NCBI GenBank assembly: GCA_965645245.1
Contig: OZ287085.1
Coordinates: forward strand, 806,001-870,000
Direction of reading: 5' to 3'
Length of the DNA stretch: 64,000 nucleotides
Source: Massalongia carnosa
Taxonomy: Eukaryota
The notes beneath the pieces were generated by a model. It saw nothing but the letters and a program-made list of their open reading frames with translations. It did no database searches and was not told where the DNA came from. Positions 35,940 to 49,326 of this stretch are shown here, in pieces; position 1 is the stretch's first letter, and each line of letters starts with the position of its first letter. The position numbers and the translations under genes are program-made.

Positions 35940-36970
35940 TGTAATACGGATGGCGCTAGAGGGATACGTGATCGCCTATGGCGGTTGCGGGATTAACTAG
36001 CGTGGACCATGCCGTAGTACGAAGTCGCATAAGCCGTCGAGGCTGACACACTGCCATTTTGCCCCGAAACTTCGGAGTTATTGTTATCACGTTCTTGACT
36101 ACTTACAGATCAAACACCTGTCGAGGCCGTGGTGGTAGATTGCCATGGAGTGTAAGGCGGACTCCTGTGGAGACGCCGAGGAACTCTATATGGAATCTAC
36201 TGGCCTACTCGGAGCTACTAGATCTCTTGATGGTTCAAAAGAGGTAGCAGGAGGCACGGCTCGCTGGACGCAGCTTGAGTATGGCCTCCCCGGTGTAAAC
36301 TTCAGCTTCAACCTTTATTACTACGTTGGTAGTGATGTCGGCTGAATGAACCTACATGACCTCGTTGTCTAGACCTTGTGTCTAGAGGCAGGTCCGCATT
36401 GTAGCGAGGTATTCAGTCGGAGGTAACCTTCCATCACTAGGTAGTGGTGACGGCGAAATGAAGCTACATAGCCTGAGGCATGTAGTGAGGGATCTAGCCG
36501 GGGGTAGAATTGTTCTACCTTGCAAGGGAAGATATAGAAGGCTGCTCGAGGCTGACTAGATGATCCAGCGAACGCCGAGTTCGTGGATGGATCCTGAGGG
36601 ATGGTTGGATGTAATGCGATAAAGTCGGATGTGGATTGCAAGGCTGTAAGGCTCGCAAGGCTCCCAAGGCTTGCAAGGCTCCTAAGGTGCCAAGGCTCCC
36701 AAGGCTATAGGCTTGGGGTGAGTAGGATAAATATCAGAACGAATCTTGTAGTATTCGTTAGCAATTAGTCTTTATTCTATGAACAACCTACGTTTGGGTC
36801 TCGGACGAGATCTCTTGGTCCAAGTACTTCCACATCCATTAGTTCTTTGGATCACCTATACTCTCGGAGACTAGCACGTAGTAGCTATCTTCCTCCTCTC
36901 ACGCTAAGCATTTCTCCTTTCGAGATCAGTGTCGCTCGTGATAAGCTTACTGGTCTCGTAGCCCATTACA
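35940..36970. mobile_element. Solo LTR (1031 bp)
   Basis: TGTAAT...ATTACA; AGCTT at 35931-35935 and 36971-36975, with 4 extra nt on the left; removal restores GRVQLPEQ. Confidence 0.85.
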
Positions 36971-37450
36971 AGCTTCCGGAACAAGTCAATCAATTGAACA
37001 ACTTAGACAGTTTCGTGGACACTGTTTTTCCTTCGGACGCATGCGGCAAGCTCATGTAGATACGGATTTTTTCGCAAGTAGAGCAATTTTGACTTTGCGA
37101 ATTGATATCGTCGCGGAGTTAAACGGTGCAATACTGAATAAACTGCAGGGCGGTTCGCAAACCTTACATTCCGTTGATCAAATAGGGAACGATACGGAGC
37201 AGGAATGAGGGGACTTTCTTCCTCCCGAGCTTTTACAAACCTTGCAAACATCGTCTTTATCACCTTCACAATTGCAACTGAAACTTAGAGCTCCGATTAT
37301 TTTCTTGCGGCATATATATCCCAAACTTGGTCTCTGTAATGGCACCCGATTACGTCTTACTCATATTTCGCGGACCTGTCTAGAGGGAAAGATTTCGGTA
37401 GGAGAATTTATTGGTGAATCGCGATTAATTCCCCGGATTCTTCTTAATAC

Positions 37451-37719
37451 TGTCACGATTCTACAAGGCACGACCTCGGCACTCGGCACCGCCTAGGGTA
37501 ATCGTAGATATAATATGTAGGCACTTTCGATTTCGTTCCCGCAACTACTAGAAGATTCCATGACGACTATACCATATGGGTACTAGCGCAGTAGTGCATA
37601 TATAGGAGCAGGTTCTGGTTGTCGATGGTTTTTTTCCTTCTTGATCTTTACTGTATTCGTTTCTAGTGTCCCTATGACTTGTCTCTAAGTAGATTATAAT
37701 AAATTCCACGAAAGACGTG
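37451..37719. mobile_element. Probable solo LTR, right end lost
   Basis: Starts TGTCACG and ends ...CGTG. It interrupts the helicase between IPRILLNT and RKQF.IRLCFAMT; no right TSD. Confidence 0.6.
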
Positions 37720-38681
37720 TTGCCCTAGATTATAAAGTCGCAAACAGTTTCTGATTCGATTGTGCTTTGCTATGACTCTAAACAAGTTGCAAGGTCGATT
37801 ATTAGACATGGTAGGAATCGATTTGCAAGCTTCTCCTTTTACTCATTGTCAGTTATATGTGGTATTATCTCGAGTTACAGATGTGTCTCGATTGTGTATG
37901 TGGTTTCCGGAACGAAATGACGAAAAAAGGGATTACATTATATATCCGGAAGTAATTCTGCGATCGTAACATGATATTATAAATCCTGTTCCTCTAAATC
38001 CTGCTGTAAGTTTATGATAATATACGGTATCATGTCACTTAGAAATTGTATTCAATTGCAAAATAGACAGCAACTTTATTGTGCTATAAAAATTAATCGT
38101 CCGGGTAATCAAGTATGACATTTTCGCTAATCTCGCAAGTATCGTAAATTCTAGAAAAGTTTTCATTTTTTCGATTTCAATGCTGCGAATATTAAATTAA
38201 ATAGATAATACTGTGGTTTAGACTTTACAATCTTTTACAAACTGTATCGATCGTAAAAACTTGAAACCGGTTCCAAAATCTCTGTTCTGAGATGGCACGG
38301 TCTCGTATCTAGTATACTAGAATTAATAAAGAAAGAATCGTTCATGTCTTAACTTGATGTAAAGTCGGAAAAGAGTCTCAAGACTCGGTTCAAAGAGAAT
38401 CGGCTCTCTCGACGTCTTTTCTCTCGAATATTATTCGAGCAAAAATGAGGTCATGAACCTTGAATGTATCATTCTACTAAAGGATATGATATTAAATTAA
38501 GGCTTTAAAAATAATTCTATCTATATAGATCAAACAGGTCGACGAGAGCGCGTCGTTGGAGGCTTAAAGCGCCATACCACTGTCCGTAAACTGCTCCTCG
38601 CTATCCGGGATATCGTCGATGCAGGAATACAGAAGACGGATGATGAGATCAATTAGTGAAGACCGAGAGCGAGAGCCAAAT

Positions 38682-38894
38682 CAAAGACTAATATAGATAG
38701 TCATCGAGGGTTTGCGGAAACCCTCGCGATTACAAATGTAACCTAACCCTAAGGCTTTTCATCGCCTGCTTCAATATCTACCATGCCCAAAGACTAATAT
38801 AGGTAGTCATCGAGGGTTTGCGGAAACTCTCGCGGATTAGAAATATAACCTAACCCTAAGGCTTTTCATCGCCTGCTTCGATATCTACCATGCC
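38682..38894. repeat. Tandem duplication of a ~106-bp hairpin-containing unit
   Basis: Two copies (38682-38787 and 38788-38894); the first has the perfect stem CGAGGGTTT-GCGG-AAACCCTCG. Confidence 0.85.
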
Positions 38895-39803
38895 TAGCGG
38901 AATCTAAAACTTGGCTCCGATAGGGAATATCTATTAATCGCCTTTTATCCTCAGTAGTTACAGAAACGGACGGAGATAAATAAAGATTGCCGATATTTAT
39001 GACGAAATTGACTAATCAACTAACGTCTAAACGGCTCTCATTCTCTGATGACATGTATAGTGATCTCGTGATCGAACATCGAGTAGTGCACACCAAGGCT
39101 AATAGTGTACACTACGATTCGTTGTGTAAGCAACGTCTAGTGTCGGGCGATTAGGAGTCATATGACCCGCCATGGGTCACATGACCCATGAACCTCTATT
39201 AGATATATCCCTCAGTTAGCTAGCCTAGACCTCCCATATATCAATACACACCACTCCTTTTCACCTATATTCCACATAAGCCCATACAACTTGATATCTA
39301 GTATACACCACGGCTGATAGCGTAGACTATGAATCGTGATGTGAATATTATCTAGTGTACACGACTGATAATGTTGACTATGATCTGTGGTGTGAATAAA
39401 GCTTAGTGTATGCTGAGAAGGGGTAGTCAGGGGAGGTGCGTAGCTAGATGACCTCGAGGTGACAGATAAAGCAAATACAGAATACACGTGATAACATCAA
39501 GAACTCCGGATACAACAAGATCCGAAACACGAAGTCTGACTCTCCCAAACTTGATAGATAGTGTATGTGACTATCTCTGTATAAAAAGCTATCCGTCTGG
39601 ACTCCCATCTATAAAGAAATGCATGGGCCCCGGAAGAATCCGCTGCCGCTCCGCCTCCTAGCACCTACCTTCCTTCTCCTGTTTACCCCACCACAATACC
39701 ACGGCTGATTGTGTAGACAATGAATAATTCAAAATTGGAGGAGTGTTGCCAGAACAGTTTGTCAGGCCATCTACAATCTATCTAATCGTGTCTCGGAGCT
39801 GGT

Positions 39804-40528
39804 CACGCGGCTGATAAAATAACCGGGAATCGGCGAAAAGTTTACCCTAAAAATTCTCCCCTCTATTTACCATTCAACCTCTCAATATTATAGCTTCACA
39901 GCGACCTACCACCCCTAACTTGTAGCTCCGGGCTACTAAAGCTCATTATTCTACTCCACCCAAAGCTGCAGTTCGAAATGCAGTTCATTTCGCTGAGCGA
40001 ATGAATTTATCCCACAAAAAACAGGACGTTTTCAAATAATTCAACGTTAGTACAACGCGTAGCTATGAGATACTTCGGAATAAATCTTATTGTTCTTCTT
40101 CTCGTAAATTTTATCATAGTTCTGATGAAGAATAAACTCGAGGAAGAAAACAGCTTATTTCTTCCGTCAAAATTCGGGAGATGGAACGAATTCTAGAAGA
40201 AGAAGGAATTGAAGCTCGCTCCCTGACTTGGCAACAATTGGGCTACGATGTGGGATTAGATTGTAGTGGTCGTACGGTGTAAATAGCTATGGGGACAATG
40301 GATTATCATAAATGCGTATCTTGCAATAGCTTGATTTATGAGGGGTAAGAGCACGTGTCTCAATCATTTATAGATGAAAAAGTAGCTAGCATGCCAGAAA
40401 GGCTAAAAGCGGTCATTGACGGTGAGGGTATAATGACTGGTTATGAATTGTAAGTAGCAATGCAGAAAGGGATAGTTTTTGGTGGGGTAAATTTTGGGCC
40501 GATTCCCGGTTATTTTGTCTGCCGCGTG
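39804..40528 (+). mobile_element. Internally deleted relative of the Tc1-like element at 6908
   Basis: TIR CACGCGG.TGA.AAAATAACCGGGAATCGGC; peptides HYSTPPKAAV, RGRK, LTWQQLG, YHKC and SMPERLKAV..G.MTGY match both ends of ORF 7032-8135. Confidence 0.85.
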
Positions 40529-40975
40529 GCAGGGTCTTATTTGCCAGATAATACGGTAGTCCTATTGATAAACCTGCTTAATCATACATTTCTGGTTCCC
40601 CCGTTATTTCTGATTCCCTCTGGTCTCCCTTTCGGTTGTCATAATATTTGTAAACCCAACTGCCAGCATTTTATGGACCAATCGGGCACATTCTCGAATT
40701 CATCCTCCCATGAAAAACCCGTAACGATATCGTAGGAGTATACTCAGCGTCTTCTTCAACTAGTCAAACTCTTTAAACTTGATTATCCGAAAACAATCGT
40801 ATACAAAGCTCAATATTGCTGAAAACGTTCTTTTGCCAAACAGGTCTTCGAAAACAAGTAATTTAATACTATTCTCAATTACGGTTCTCGCCGCGCGTAA
40901 ATTGCTGAATCGATGATTATTAGCTATAAGATATCCTCCAATATGTCTGCTTGTTCGTTTTTGTACACAACTTAC

Positions 40976-42948
40976 GAGATGCTTAGGGACAGTCCCCCCC
41001 TGTGTAAGTCTTTGCTAGTGAACAGCCATTTCACTACTCATCTAGGGTGCGTACAAGCTAGTAATGCAACTGGCAACAGCACATTAAACTCTTTTCGGTT
41101 TAAATCGTATGATGTTTTATTGCTACTTATAATTATCCTACTCGGCTAACGCTATCTCTTTCGTAGGATTATCTCAAGAATTTCTATCAACATCAAGAAA
41201 TTCAATTCGTGCATGCATATCTACTAAACTCCCTAATTTAGGCGCACACAGCATACAGCGTTCAGAAGGTCTGTATTTATTGTTTAAAAATGTGATCAAT
41301 AGAAACACTCTTATAAGAAAATTGGGGTTGAAAATATGTGATGAGGTGCGGAAAAACCAATTAGATCAGGAGATTTATGCAATCAACAGCCAATACGCAA
41401 TCCTAGATTGATAGATAGAAATGCTTTTACGCGACTCATTGAGAAAATTACGCATCATGCCATTGGCCTCGTTTCAAGAGAACTCGATGCCGCCAAATCA
41501 TTAGCTGAACGAATCCTTTCAATTGTCCTTGATTATGAAAGCTGTGTTTATGATTGTGAATTGCCTTTAATGTACGGTCTCCCATGTAAATGCTGATTGT
41601 ATAAATGCATCATCGACTCGATCTTTATTCCCGTTTCCCTCATCTACCCTCGCTTGGTTTATGATGGCCCACCTTATGCGGTCTCCTGATAAATGACCTT
41701 CGATCTCGCTCGCGACTTGAAGCCCGAGGTCGAAAAGATCATCGAAGAGATCGAAGGGACGAGAGAGATTGAGGCGAATAAGGATGAGGTCGAGCTCGAA
41801 GAAGGCGTGTTGAGTGAGGATAGATTTCGCCACGGGAGCCTTGGTTTGCTACATTCTGTAGCATATCAATCTATTGACCTGCATCAATCAATAGAGATTC
41901 TTATCGAAGGAACGATTACGCTCGCGAGTATACTTATATCGTTGAAAAGTCCAATAAGAAATGGCAAAAAAAGGTGCTGATAAGACCTCTCATCCCCACC
42001 ACATTCCCCGACGAAATTCGGCCCAAAAGAAACCTCATGTATAAGAAAAGAGGGAGTCGTCGACGTGCCTACACTGATCGCGAGGCAGCTAAGGCTAGAG
42101 AAACTGAACAGCGACGTACTAGGCGAAGGGACTCTATTGAACAAGGGAGGGGGCTTAGATATAATTGATTGCGTGCTGGGGGCAACGATGAGGTTGAAGG
42201 TGAAACAGAAGATAAAACTCACGATGTTGCAAAGTTATTGCGCTTGGGTTGGCTAATATTGGGTACATTAGGTTTAGGAGAAAACTAAGTTATGAAGAGA
42301 ATCGAAAACGCGCCTATCGTCTCCGACGACGATGACGAGGTGCAGTATATAAGCTCTCAGCCCAATCTCGGTCGCTTTATGGGTCCTATGCTTCCTTCGG
42401 ATAACGATAATGACGTTATTCTTACATCAGAAGCCTCGTCGGATTCGCTCGAAGATATTGACGATGTGCTTGCCAATCATAGTCATAAAGCCCTACTTCA
42501 GGCAGCGCCGACTTCATCTCTTTATAGTCTTAGTCATAACGTGCGCACCAGTCAAATTCTCCCTAATTCCTCTGCAACAACGCGAAGATCTCGGGGTGTG
42601 GCGAAGAAAACAAAGGCTCAGTTGGAGTTGGAATCTCAGCAAAGAGTCGAGAAATCAGTCAAACAGGCTAGGGCTCAAGCGAGAATGGTAGCTAAAACCA
42701 TGAAGCCTAGAAAAGATGATGTATCGCAATTGGCTGATAAGTTTTTGGAGCTGAAGTAATCGCAATAGGTAGATTTGCAGATGTTGAATAAATTTAGTCA
42801 GTAACAGCAACATTATTAATACGTAGTGTAACTGCTAGCTTGTAAGCACCCTAGATGAGTAGTAAAATGGCTGTTTACTAGTAAAGATTTACACAGGGGG
42901 GGGGGGGGGGGGGGGGGACGGTCGGAGGGGACTGTCCCTAAGCATCTC
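40976..42948 (+). mobile_element. MULE deletion derivative with ~100-bp TIRs
   Basis: GAGATGCTTAGGGACAGTCCCC... is inverted at 42948; the interior is homologous to the 3' half of the MULE at 54702-58120; no TSD seen. Confidence 0.82.
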
Positions 42949-42960
42949 GTTCTCCCTCTA

Positions 42961-45104
42961 TCCCTTCGTCTGGCAATTTCGCAGCCATTTAGGTAATATT
43001 CAATTTTACACGCGCCGTCTCCGGGTAATAACTAATAACTTTAATCTGGCCAATCAGATTTTCCCTTTTCAACGATAATGGGTACAACACCTCAATCACC
43101 CCTCATGATCTATGTAAAATTTCCCAACATGCCTCCTTTTTGCAACATGGTCCACAGCTCTTACATTGCTATCTAGTCTGACTTGCACGTCGTCTTTTGG
43201 TGCAATTTTCATCAATTTCCGCAAGTGGGCGGCGTCGTTTGAGTCTTGGCACTTGCCTTTTGCAGGCCAAACAATAGTCCTTCTTATTCGAATGCTCCCA
43301 TTTGCAAGTTGACTCGACGTCTTTATTAACGTCTTGATTAGTAGTAACTATAACATCTGTCGGACGTTTCCGTAGGGCACCGGCTTGATTGGATAATAGG
43401 GCATTTACTATTTCTTTTTGAAAGTCCAAATGGCTGAGTGATGGAATTCGGATACAGAATTCTCCACAATTTGAAGGCAATTAGAACGGCTGCATCCAGA
43501 AGAAAGATGAAAATTGACCACCAGTAGCGACGATCAGATCTTTGAGGTGAATAATATGCTCTTTGCTGAGCAATCCCATCTGACCCGCCTATGTGCTGGT
43601 TATATTCCACGATGGGCATGGGAAATGGAAGCTTTTCTTCTTCATCATCAACGATAACTCTGGAATTTGCAGGAATTCCATGACGTCGACGGGAATTCTT
43701 GTAGAAAGAAGTCTTCAAATCCTCAATTGTATGAACCGTGGTCATGAATTGCACGGTGTTTAAATCTACCCATGCCATACACAGAATGTCCCCGTCATCA
43801 ATGTTTGATTTTTTCCTTTTATTTGCAGGTACCGTCATCAATGCCTTCTTTCCCCAGTCTTTATTCTTGGTGGCTGCAACCCTCAGACGTAGAAGATCAA
43901 TAGGAAAACCGTATCCTGATTTAGCCGTCACACAGGCACCAATTCCAATGGTTTTCAGAGCTTTGAATAGCTTCTTATTTGTGAAGAAGTTGTCCAGAAA
44001 GATGCCGTATTTCAAGCCTTCATCAGACGGTAAACTTCGAGCCAGTTGAATGACGACTAGGGAGGAAGGAGACAAATCCCATTTGGTTGTCGGAAATTTC
44101 AATTGTCCAGGCGTTTTTAACTCACTAATTTGGGACACCTGTCTTGCAATTAGTACGATGCAAATTGAGGCCTTTTCTACTCTCCTTGGAGGTTAATAAG
44201 AAGTCAAAAAGATAATTTTCCTGACATAAACTATAGATTTTGAAGCCTAGACCAGCCGCCTTGGTGGCTATTTGCATAGTATGGCAGCTCCTACCCCTGA
44301 ATAAAATCAATTGCTCGTCAACTGATACATGACTTCCAGGAATCTAGTATTTCTTTGATGCTTTTCGAAAGTCTGTGGCCAATAGTTCCAGCTTTTTCCA
44401 CCAATCAGGGCCTCGAGTATCAATGATCTCATCTTCGTCGGGGTTGGATATCTTCAAAAATCGCTTGAGTTGCTCCCATCTTAAAAGATTCATAGCTTGA
44501 ATCACCATGTCATGTATGGCAAATTTAGGAGACGTGTTCCAATAGTCAGTAAGACGTGGCATCAGTGTATACTCTATATATAACAGAATTCCCAGAAAAG
44601 CTCCTACTTCAGAAGAAGAGATGTCATGCCATTGACGTCTCTTGATGTCGTTTAGGGCATACTTCTTTTTCGCTTTAAGATTGGTGTTTTTAGCTATGAT
44701 TTCAAGCATTTCAAAGCTAAAGAAGAGGCAGAATAAACTGAAAGGAGTCTGATTTATCAAGCGCAACGTCTCGTCCGGCTGTGGTTTTCGAAATGGGATC
44801 GAAATTGGACAATAATTTGATGACGGAGGGGGCATGGAGTCAATTATGCTTTGTTCGCTGGGTTTATTCTTTTTGGCCTGTTCTTTCAGAATTGAGGGGG
44901 GCAAAGCGTCTGATTGGTCAGGAACTTCTATCTCAATGCCTCTCATGATTATTCTAAAGAAATTGTAGATGTTTTAATGATTTTCAACTGATGTTTACCT
45001 TCTTATTTACAAAAATGGGGAGAATGTTTTGAAGTTCGCGACTCAGCCCTACGGTATCTCACTAAGCCTATTTAAGGTTGCTGCCAAATTGCCAGACGAA
45101 GGGA
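42961..45104 (-). mobile_element. piggyBac-type DNA transposon; transposase (about 43110-44946) disrupted
   Basis: 25-bp TIR TCCCTTCGTCTGGCAATTT(C/G)GCAGC; VSVDEQ, GFKIYSL, FLDNFFT, AWVD, YNQHIGGSD, RYWWSIF and a Cys-rich C-terminus. Confidence 0.9.
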
Positions 45105-45475
45105 TAGAACAATCAACCGTCTCAAGTTTCAACAGTAGTAAGTGCCTCACACCAACAATATTCACATTACATTTACCCCGCACTTGAATACTATCAGAGC
45201 GAAATACGGGATACGTTCATCATTTGCTTGAAGGATTGTGGCGAAAGAGTTTCGCCTCTTATTGTACACAAGCCTGGCCGTCAACGAGGCGGCGAATCAC
45301 TCTTCAAACAGCAACTTTGGATGCATCGTGTCCTTGTGAGCGCATTATGCAACGAACCCTGATGCCTTTCGGATGCAGGTTACCTTTCCCCATTCAGCCA
45401 CCAATCCTCAGAAGAAAAATTAAGGAACTGCTCCCGCTAAACTGGCGGTTTGCTGTGCTGGCATGTCAAGTTATA

Positions 45476-45866
45476 GCCTTTTATCCCACACTTTTGGCGT
45501 CCACTAGCCAGACATGCCATACCCGGACTTTTAAGCCATTGTTTACCCCACCCTTTCAGCGCTGATGCTCGACGAATTTTTATCGTTCTTCCCACTTCCC
45601 ACTTGATTTTATTCTTGTCTGTAATGATAAGTCATGCTATTTTCATGCGCGTATGCCTGCGCTATGATGAGAGTTGCGAAAATTGACATCAAGTCGAAGA
45701 CAAGCGATCGATGGTGCCTATGGGGAGGGGGTCATGACTTGCGTGTTCAGAGAGGCGGATACGGACCAGGCAATGGCTGTTTAGGGAGCCGCCTGGGGGC
45801 GGGGTAAGGAATGGAAGGAGAGTGGCATGTCTGACTAGTAGACGCTAAAAGTGTGGCATAAAAGTC
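45476..45866. repeat. MITE-like inverted repeat
   Basis: 44-bp arms at 45476-45519 and 45823-45866 (39/44 match); non-coding interior. Confidence 0.6.
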
Positions 45867-46183
45867 TTTGCCTCCATGTCGTACAAGGCCACCCATTATC
45901 ACAGCTCGAACCTTTGCTCACGAATCAAGCGCTGTGCGGCGAGGACCGAGTACGTGATGGCTTGAATGGAGTTTGTCTTGTGGTTCAGTGGGAAGTGTTG
46001 TGTTGTTAAGGCAAAATGGCTGCAACTTATTTCATAGAGATGTGGAGGCTCTTTTATGATTTGAAGGTCCTCGTTAGTTAGCTGTACGTGACAGCTCTTT
46101 TTATGCATCACTATCTCTCCCCCTATTCTCACAAAAAGAGCACACGTTTACTTTTGAGAAAGCACGGCTGAATACGCATCAGC

Positions 46184-46666
46184 ATGCCTTCCAACCCGCA
46201 AACAACGATTGCCCCTTCCACTGTCCCAACAGTGGTCACCAATAGGGTCTCACCAAATACAAAGAAACCATCTTCATATACTGATCAGATCCTTGCCTCT
46301 GGATCCTTTCGCAGGCTCGTCAGTGCGGTTAAAGAGTGTGTAAAATATGAAGCAATCTACAATGATGTTGAAGGCACGCAGGACCGACTCTCGCACATGG
46401 AACTTGAAGTATCAGCCAAGAATGCCGACACAGAGAAGCAGAAATGTGATTACGAACGCCTAATGGACACTCACGAGACACGCTTGATAATGTGGACACG
46501 TCAGAAGGAGGCTCTAAAGGCAGCGGAGGAAGAGTTGCAAGAAAAGTTGAAAGAGGAGAGGAGGAAGACAAAGGAGACTAATGAGGAGGAAAAAAAGCTG
46601 AAGAGACTGTTGAGGCAGAAAGAAACAGAATTGATCGATCTGGGGAGAGAACTGAAGATGTTAGAA
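46184..46666 (+). pseudogene. 5' part of an unknown coiled-coil protein gene, cut by Copia-2
   Basis: E/K-rich helical ORF running into the LTR at 46667; no continuation found. Confidence 0.5.
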
Positions 46667-47086
46667 TGTAAAAATCAGGCTACTTCATTTCAGCGGCACT
46701 CACCTTCTACCGCACGAGTATGACGCACGCTAATGGCTAGACGTATTGCTAGTCTAATACTAGGATACCGTACATTGTCTATAAATCTAGCTATTCCCAC
46801 TATATAGAACAAAGGCAAGCGTTCTATCCTCTATCTACTATACTGCCTTTTGATAGGTTATGAGCCCGGCCGCAGGGCGCTTCTTTACATGCGTTTGCTT
46901 GTCTTACTTTACCTACCCTAACACAAGCCTCCTTACCGTCGCAAGCAATTACCGTCGCGAATAATCTCCTACAAAAAAATCCGACAAAAATCGACAAATA
47001 TGAAACAGTCGACAGTGTTTGAGATGGCTAAGCACTACTATCGGGCGCCCGGCTTCTTCTTTGCCCCTTACTAAACGAACGCTAAC

Positions 47087-47225
47087 ATTCCCAACAAAAA
47101 CTCGGGAATGTGACATCCAGGTGTCTCGGATGATCTACATTTCCAATAAAAAACCGGGAATGTGACATCCAGATGTCTCGGATGATCTACGTTCCCAACA
47201 AAAAATCGGGAATGTGACATCCATT
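47087..47225 (+). repeat. 52-bp tandem repeat (about 2.7 copies) in the Copia-2 leader
   Basis: CATTCCCAACAAAAACTCGGGAATGTGACATCCAGGTGTCTCGGATGATCTA units. Confidence 0.85.
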
Positions 47226-49326
47226 GGGATGAAACGAAATCCCCCTGCAATCGATTTTGCCCTCTATTCATAGTCAGCATCTGCGTATCAGTTATAAGAC
47301 TGCAGGATTATGGCTTCGAGCAACAAAAAACGCTCTCGATTTATCAATCCCAAAGGCACAACTAAACGCCTCAAATCTATCTTTGCACCTGCATCTGCTT
47401 CTGCATTTAGATCTATTATATCAATCACTGCCCCATTCCTACGTGGCACTCTTGCCGAGATCCAATGACTCTCAGAGCCTCAACCAAATAATAGGCCGGC
47501 AACAAGGCTTGAACGAGATTCTCAACATAAATTACAGGCGGCTAGTGCGCCAATCGTTGCTTTTCTCTTAGAGGATAACTCAGATTAATCAAAATTGGAT
47601 TGCTTTGTACTATACCATCATCCCTGAGCCTCCAGTCACTCCCGTTCAGTCCACATCAAAATCAGACCTAGAACCGCCCAGCGACTGTGATCCTTTCGGT
47701 CTAAGAGCCAGAACCAAGTCACCAAGCACTTATAATAGCACTCCGTCGGAATCCGGTAAAACCAAACACCAGTTCAAGCCAGTCCGTTAACAAGGACAAT
47801 CCATCAAGCTCTTCCAATAAACCCTTTCCATCATGAGTGAAAAAATCTCTGGGTCGGGGTCCTATTGCGCTATTGATAGGATCCCTAAGCTAGGGGACCA
47901 CGAGGGTTATCCAGCATGGAAGCGAGCCATGCGGGATTGCCTCAAAATGATAGATCTTTGGATCTATTGTGATAACACCCAAGCTGCACCACGCCCAAAC
48001 GCTCCCAATGATGGCTTCAACAAATGGAAAAAGGGCCAAGATAAGGCCTGCACTGCTCTTGATTAGCTTGTGAAGGAAATGCTTACACCTATATAGAAGA
48101 CCATACTACTGCTTCCGTCGCCTGGGACCTGCTTGAGTCAAACTATAAGCCTCGCGGTTCGGGATTCCTCAATGACACCTTCAAAAAATTAGACAGCCTT
48201 ATACTATCGGATTGCAGCAGCCCTGCAGACTATGTTATCCAATTTCGCGCCACGCTCAATAAGCTTCGCACCTTCTCAAGCAAGCTAAGCTGGACGAAAA
48301 CTGGCTTATCTATCGCTTCCATACCAATTTAGGCTTCGAATACAACAGCTATTTCGAACGATACGCTCAGGATCATGATCCTTTCAATGAAATGGGTGAA
48401 CCCAAGCACACGTTAAGTCAGGCTATGCAGCATTTCCAAAACACGGTGACCAACCCAAGCAAGTCCAGCGATAAGGCCATAATCGCAATGGCAGCTGTTT
48501 CAAACGCTCAAACCCAAGCAGGAGCACAATCCGGAACAGCCCATTCTCGAATCATCACCAAGACCATCAAGTACTGCAACCACTGCCGAAAGGACTATCA
48601 CGTAGAGAGCGAGTGTCGTGAAAATTATCCACACCTCGTTAACCAAGACTCACAGCGTAAGTCCAATAAGCGTCGCAGGAATTCCAAATGTCAAGGTCAA
48701 AGTCAAAAGCCAACCAGAAACAATGACTCAACCAAAGGAGCCTTCTGCGCCTACATGGCCACCGCGGATATAACCAAAATATCTAAGCTCTGGATCTGTG
48801 ACTCTGGAACTAGCCAACGTATTACCCACGATCGCTCCATCTTCGCCTCATTCAAGACATCCGATTGCCCACCAATTCAAGGTATTGGAGGAGTATTAAT
48901 TCCCAAAGGAATAGGTAACGTCATGTTGCGGTGTGCCGGTAACAAGGGTCTTCGGGAGTTCCCTCTTTTCGATGTGTTATACGTTCTGGACGGAGGCCTA
49001 AATCTCTTCTCCCAAGGACAATTACAACGAGATGGATGTCCCCTGAAGATCGTACCAGAGGGAATTGAAACCGGGAACTATGGTATCACCGCTCGCCGCC
49101 AGGACGAACAATCTGTATATCCTGAACATGTGGAACGTCTCTGAAGCCGCTCTCGCTCTCGCTGCAATTAATAGCGAGGCGATAAAAATGTGGCACGCTC
49201 GTTTAGGCCATCTTGGAAATCAAAAAATTCTTAAGCTCGCTGGCATGTCAAAAGGAATGGACCTCACCAAGCCCCCGCCCCAAGACGCCTGTCCTCCGTG
49301 CGCCATCGCTCAGTCCCAAGTAGAAC

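Larger units (their letters stand above)
32626..38312 (+). mobile_element. Helitron B, decayed; Rep core deleted, Pif1 helicase remnants present
   Basis: 5' [76 protein letters not shown]; 3' imperfect hairpin at 38289-38304 followed by CTAG|T. Confidence 0.9.

Noticed and set aside
39125..39497. Possible solo LTR (TGTAAG...GATAACA)
   Set aside because: No TSD and no matching terminal inverted repeat, so the boundaries cannot be supported.
42896..42917. Poly-G run / G-quadruplex
   Set aside because: An expansion of the C/G tract within the MULE TIR; its length may be a sequencing artefact.
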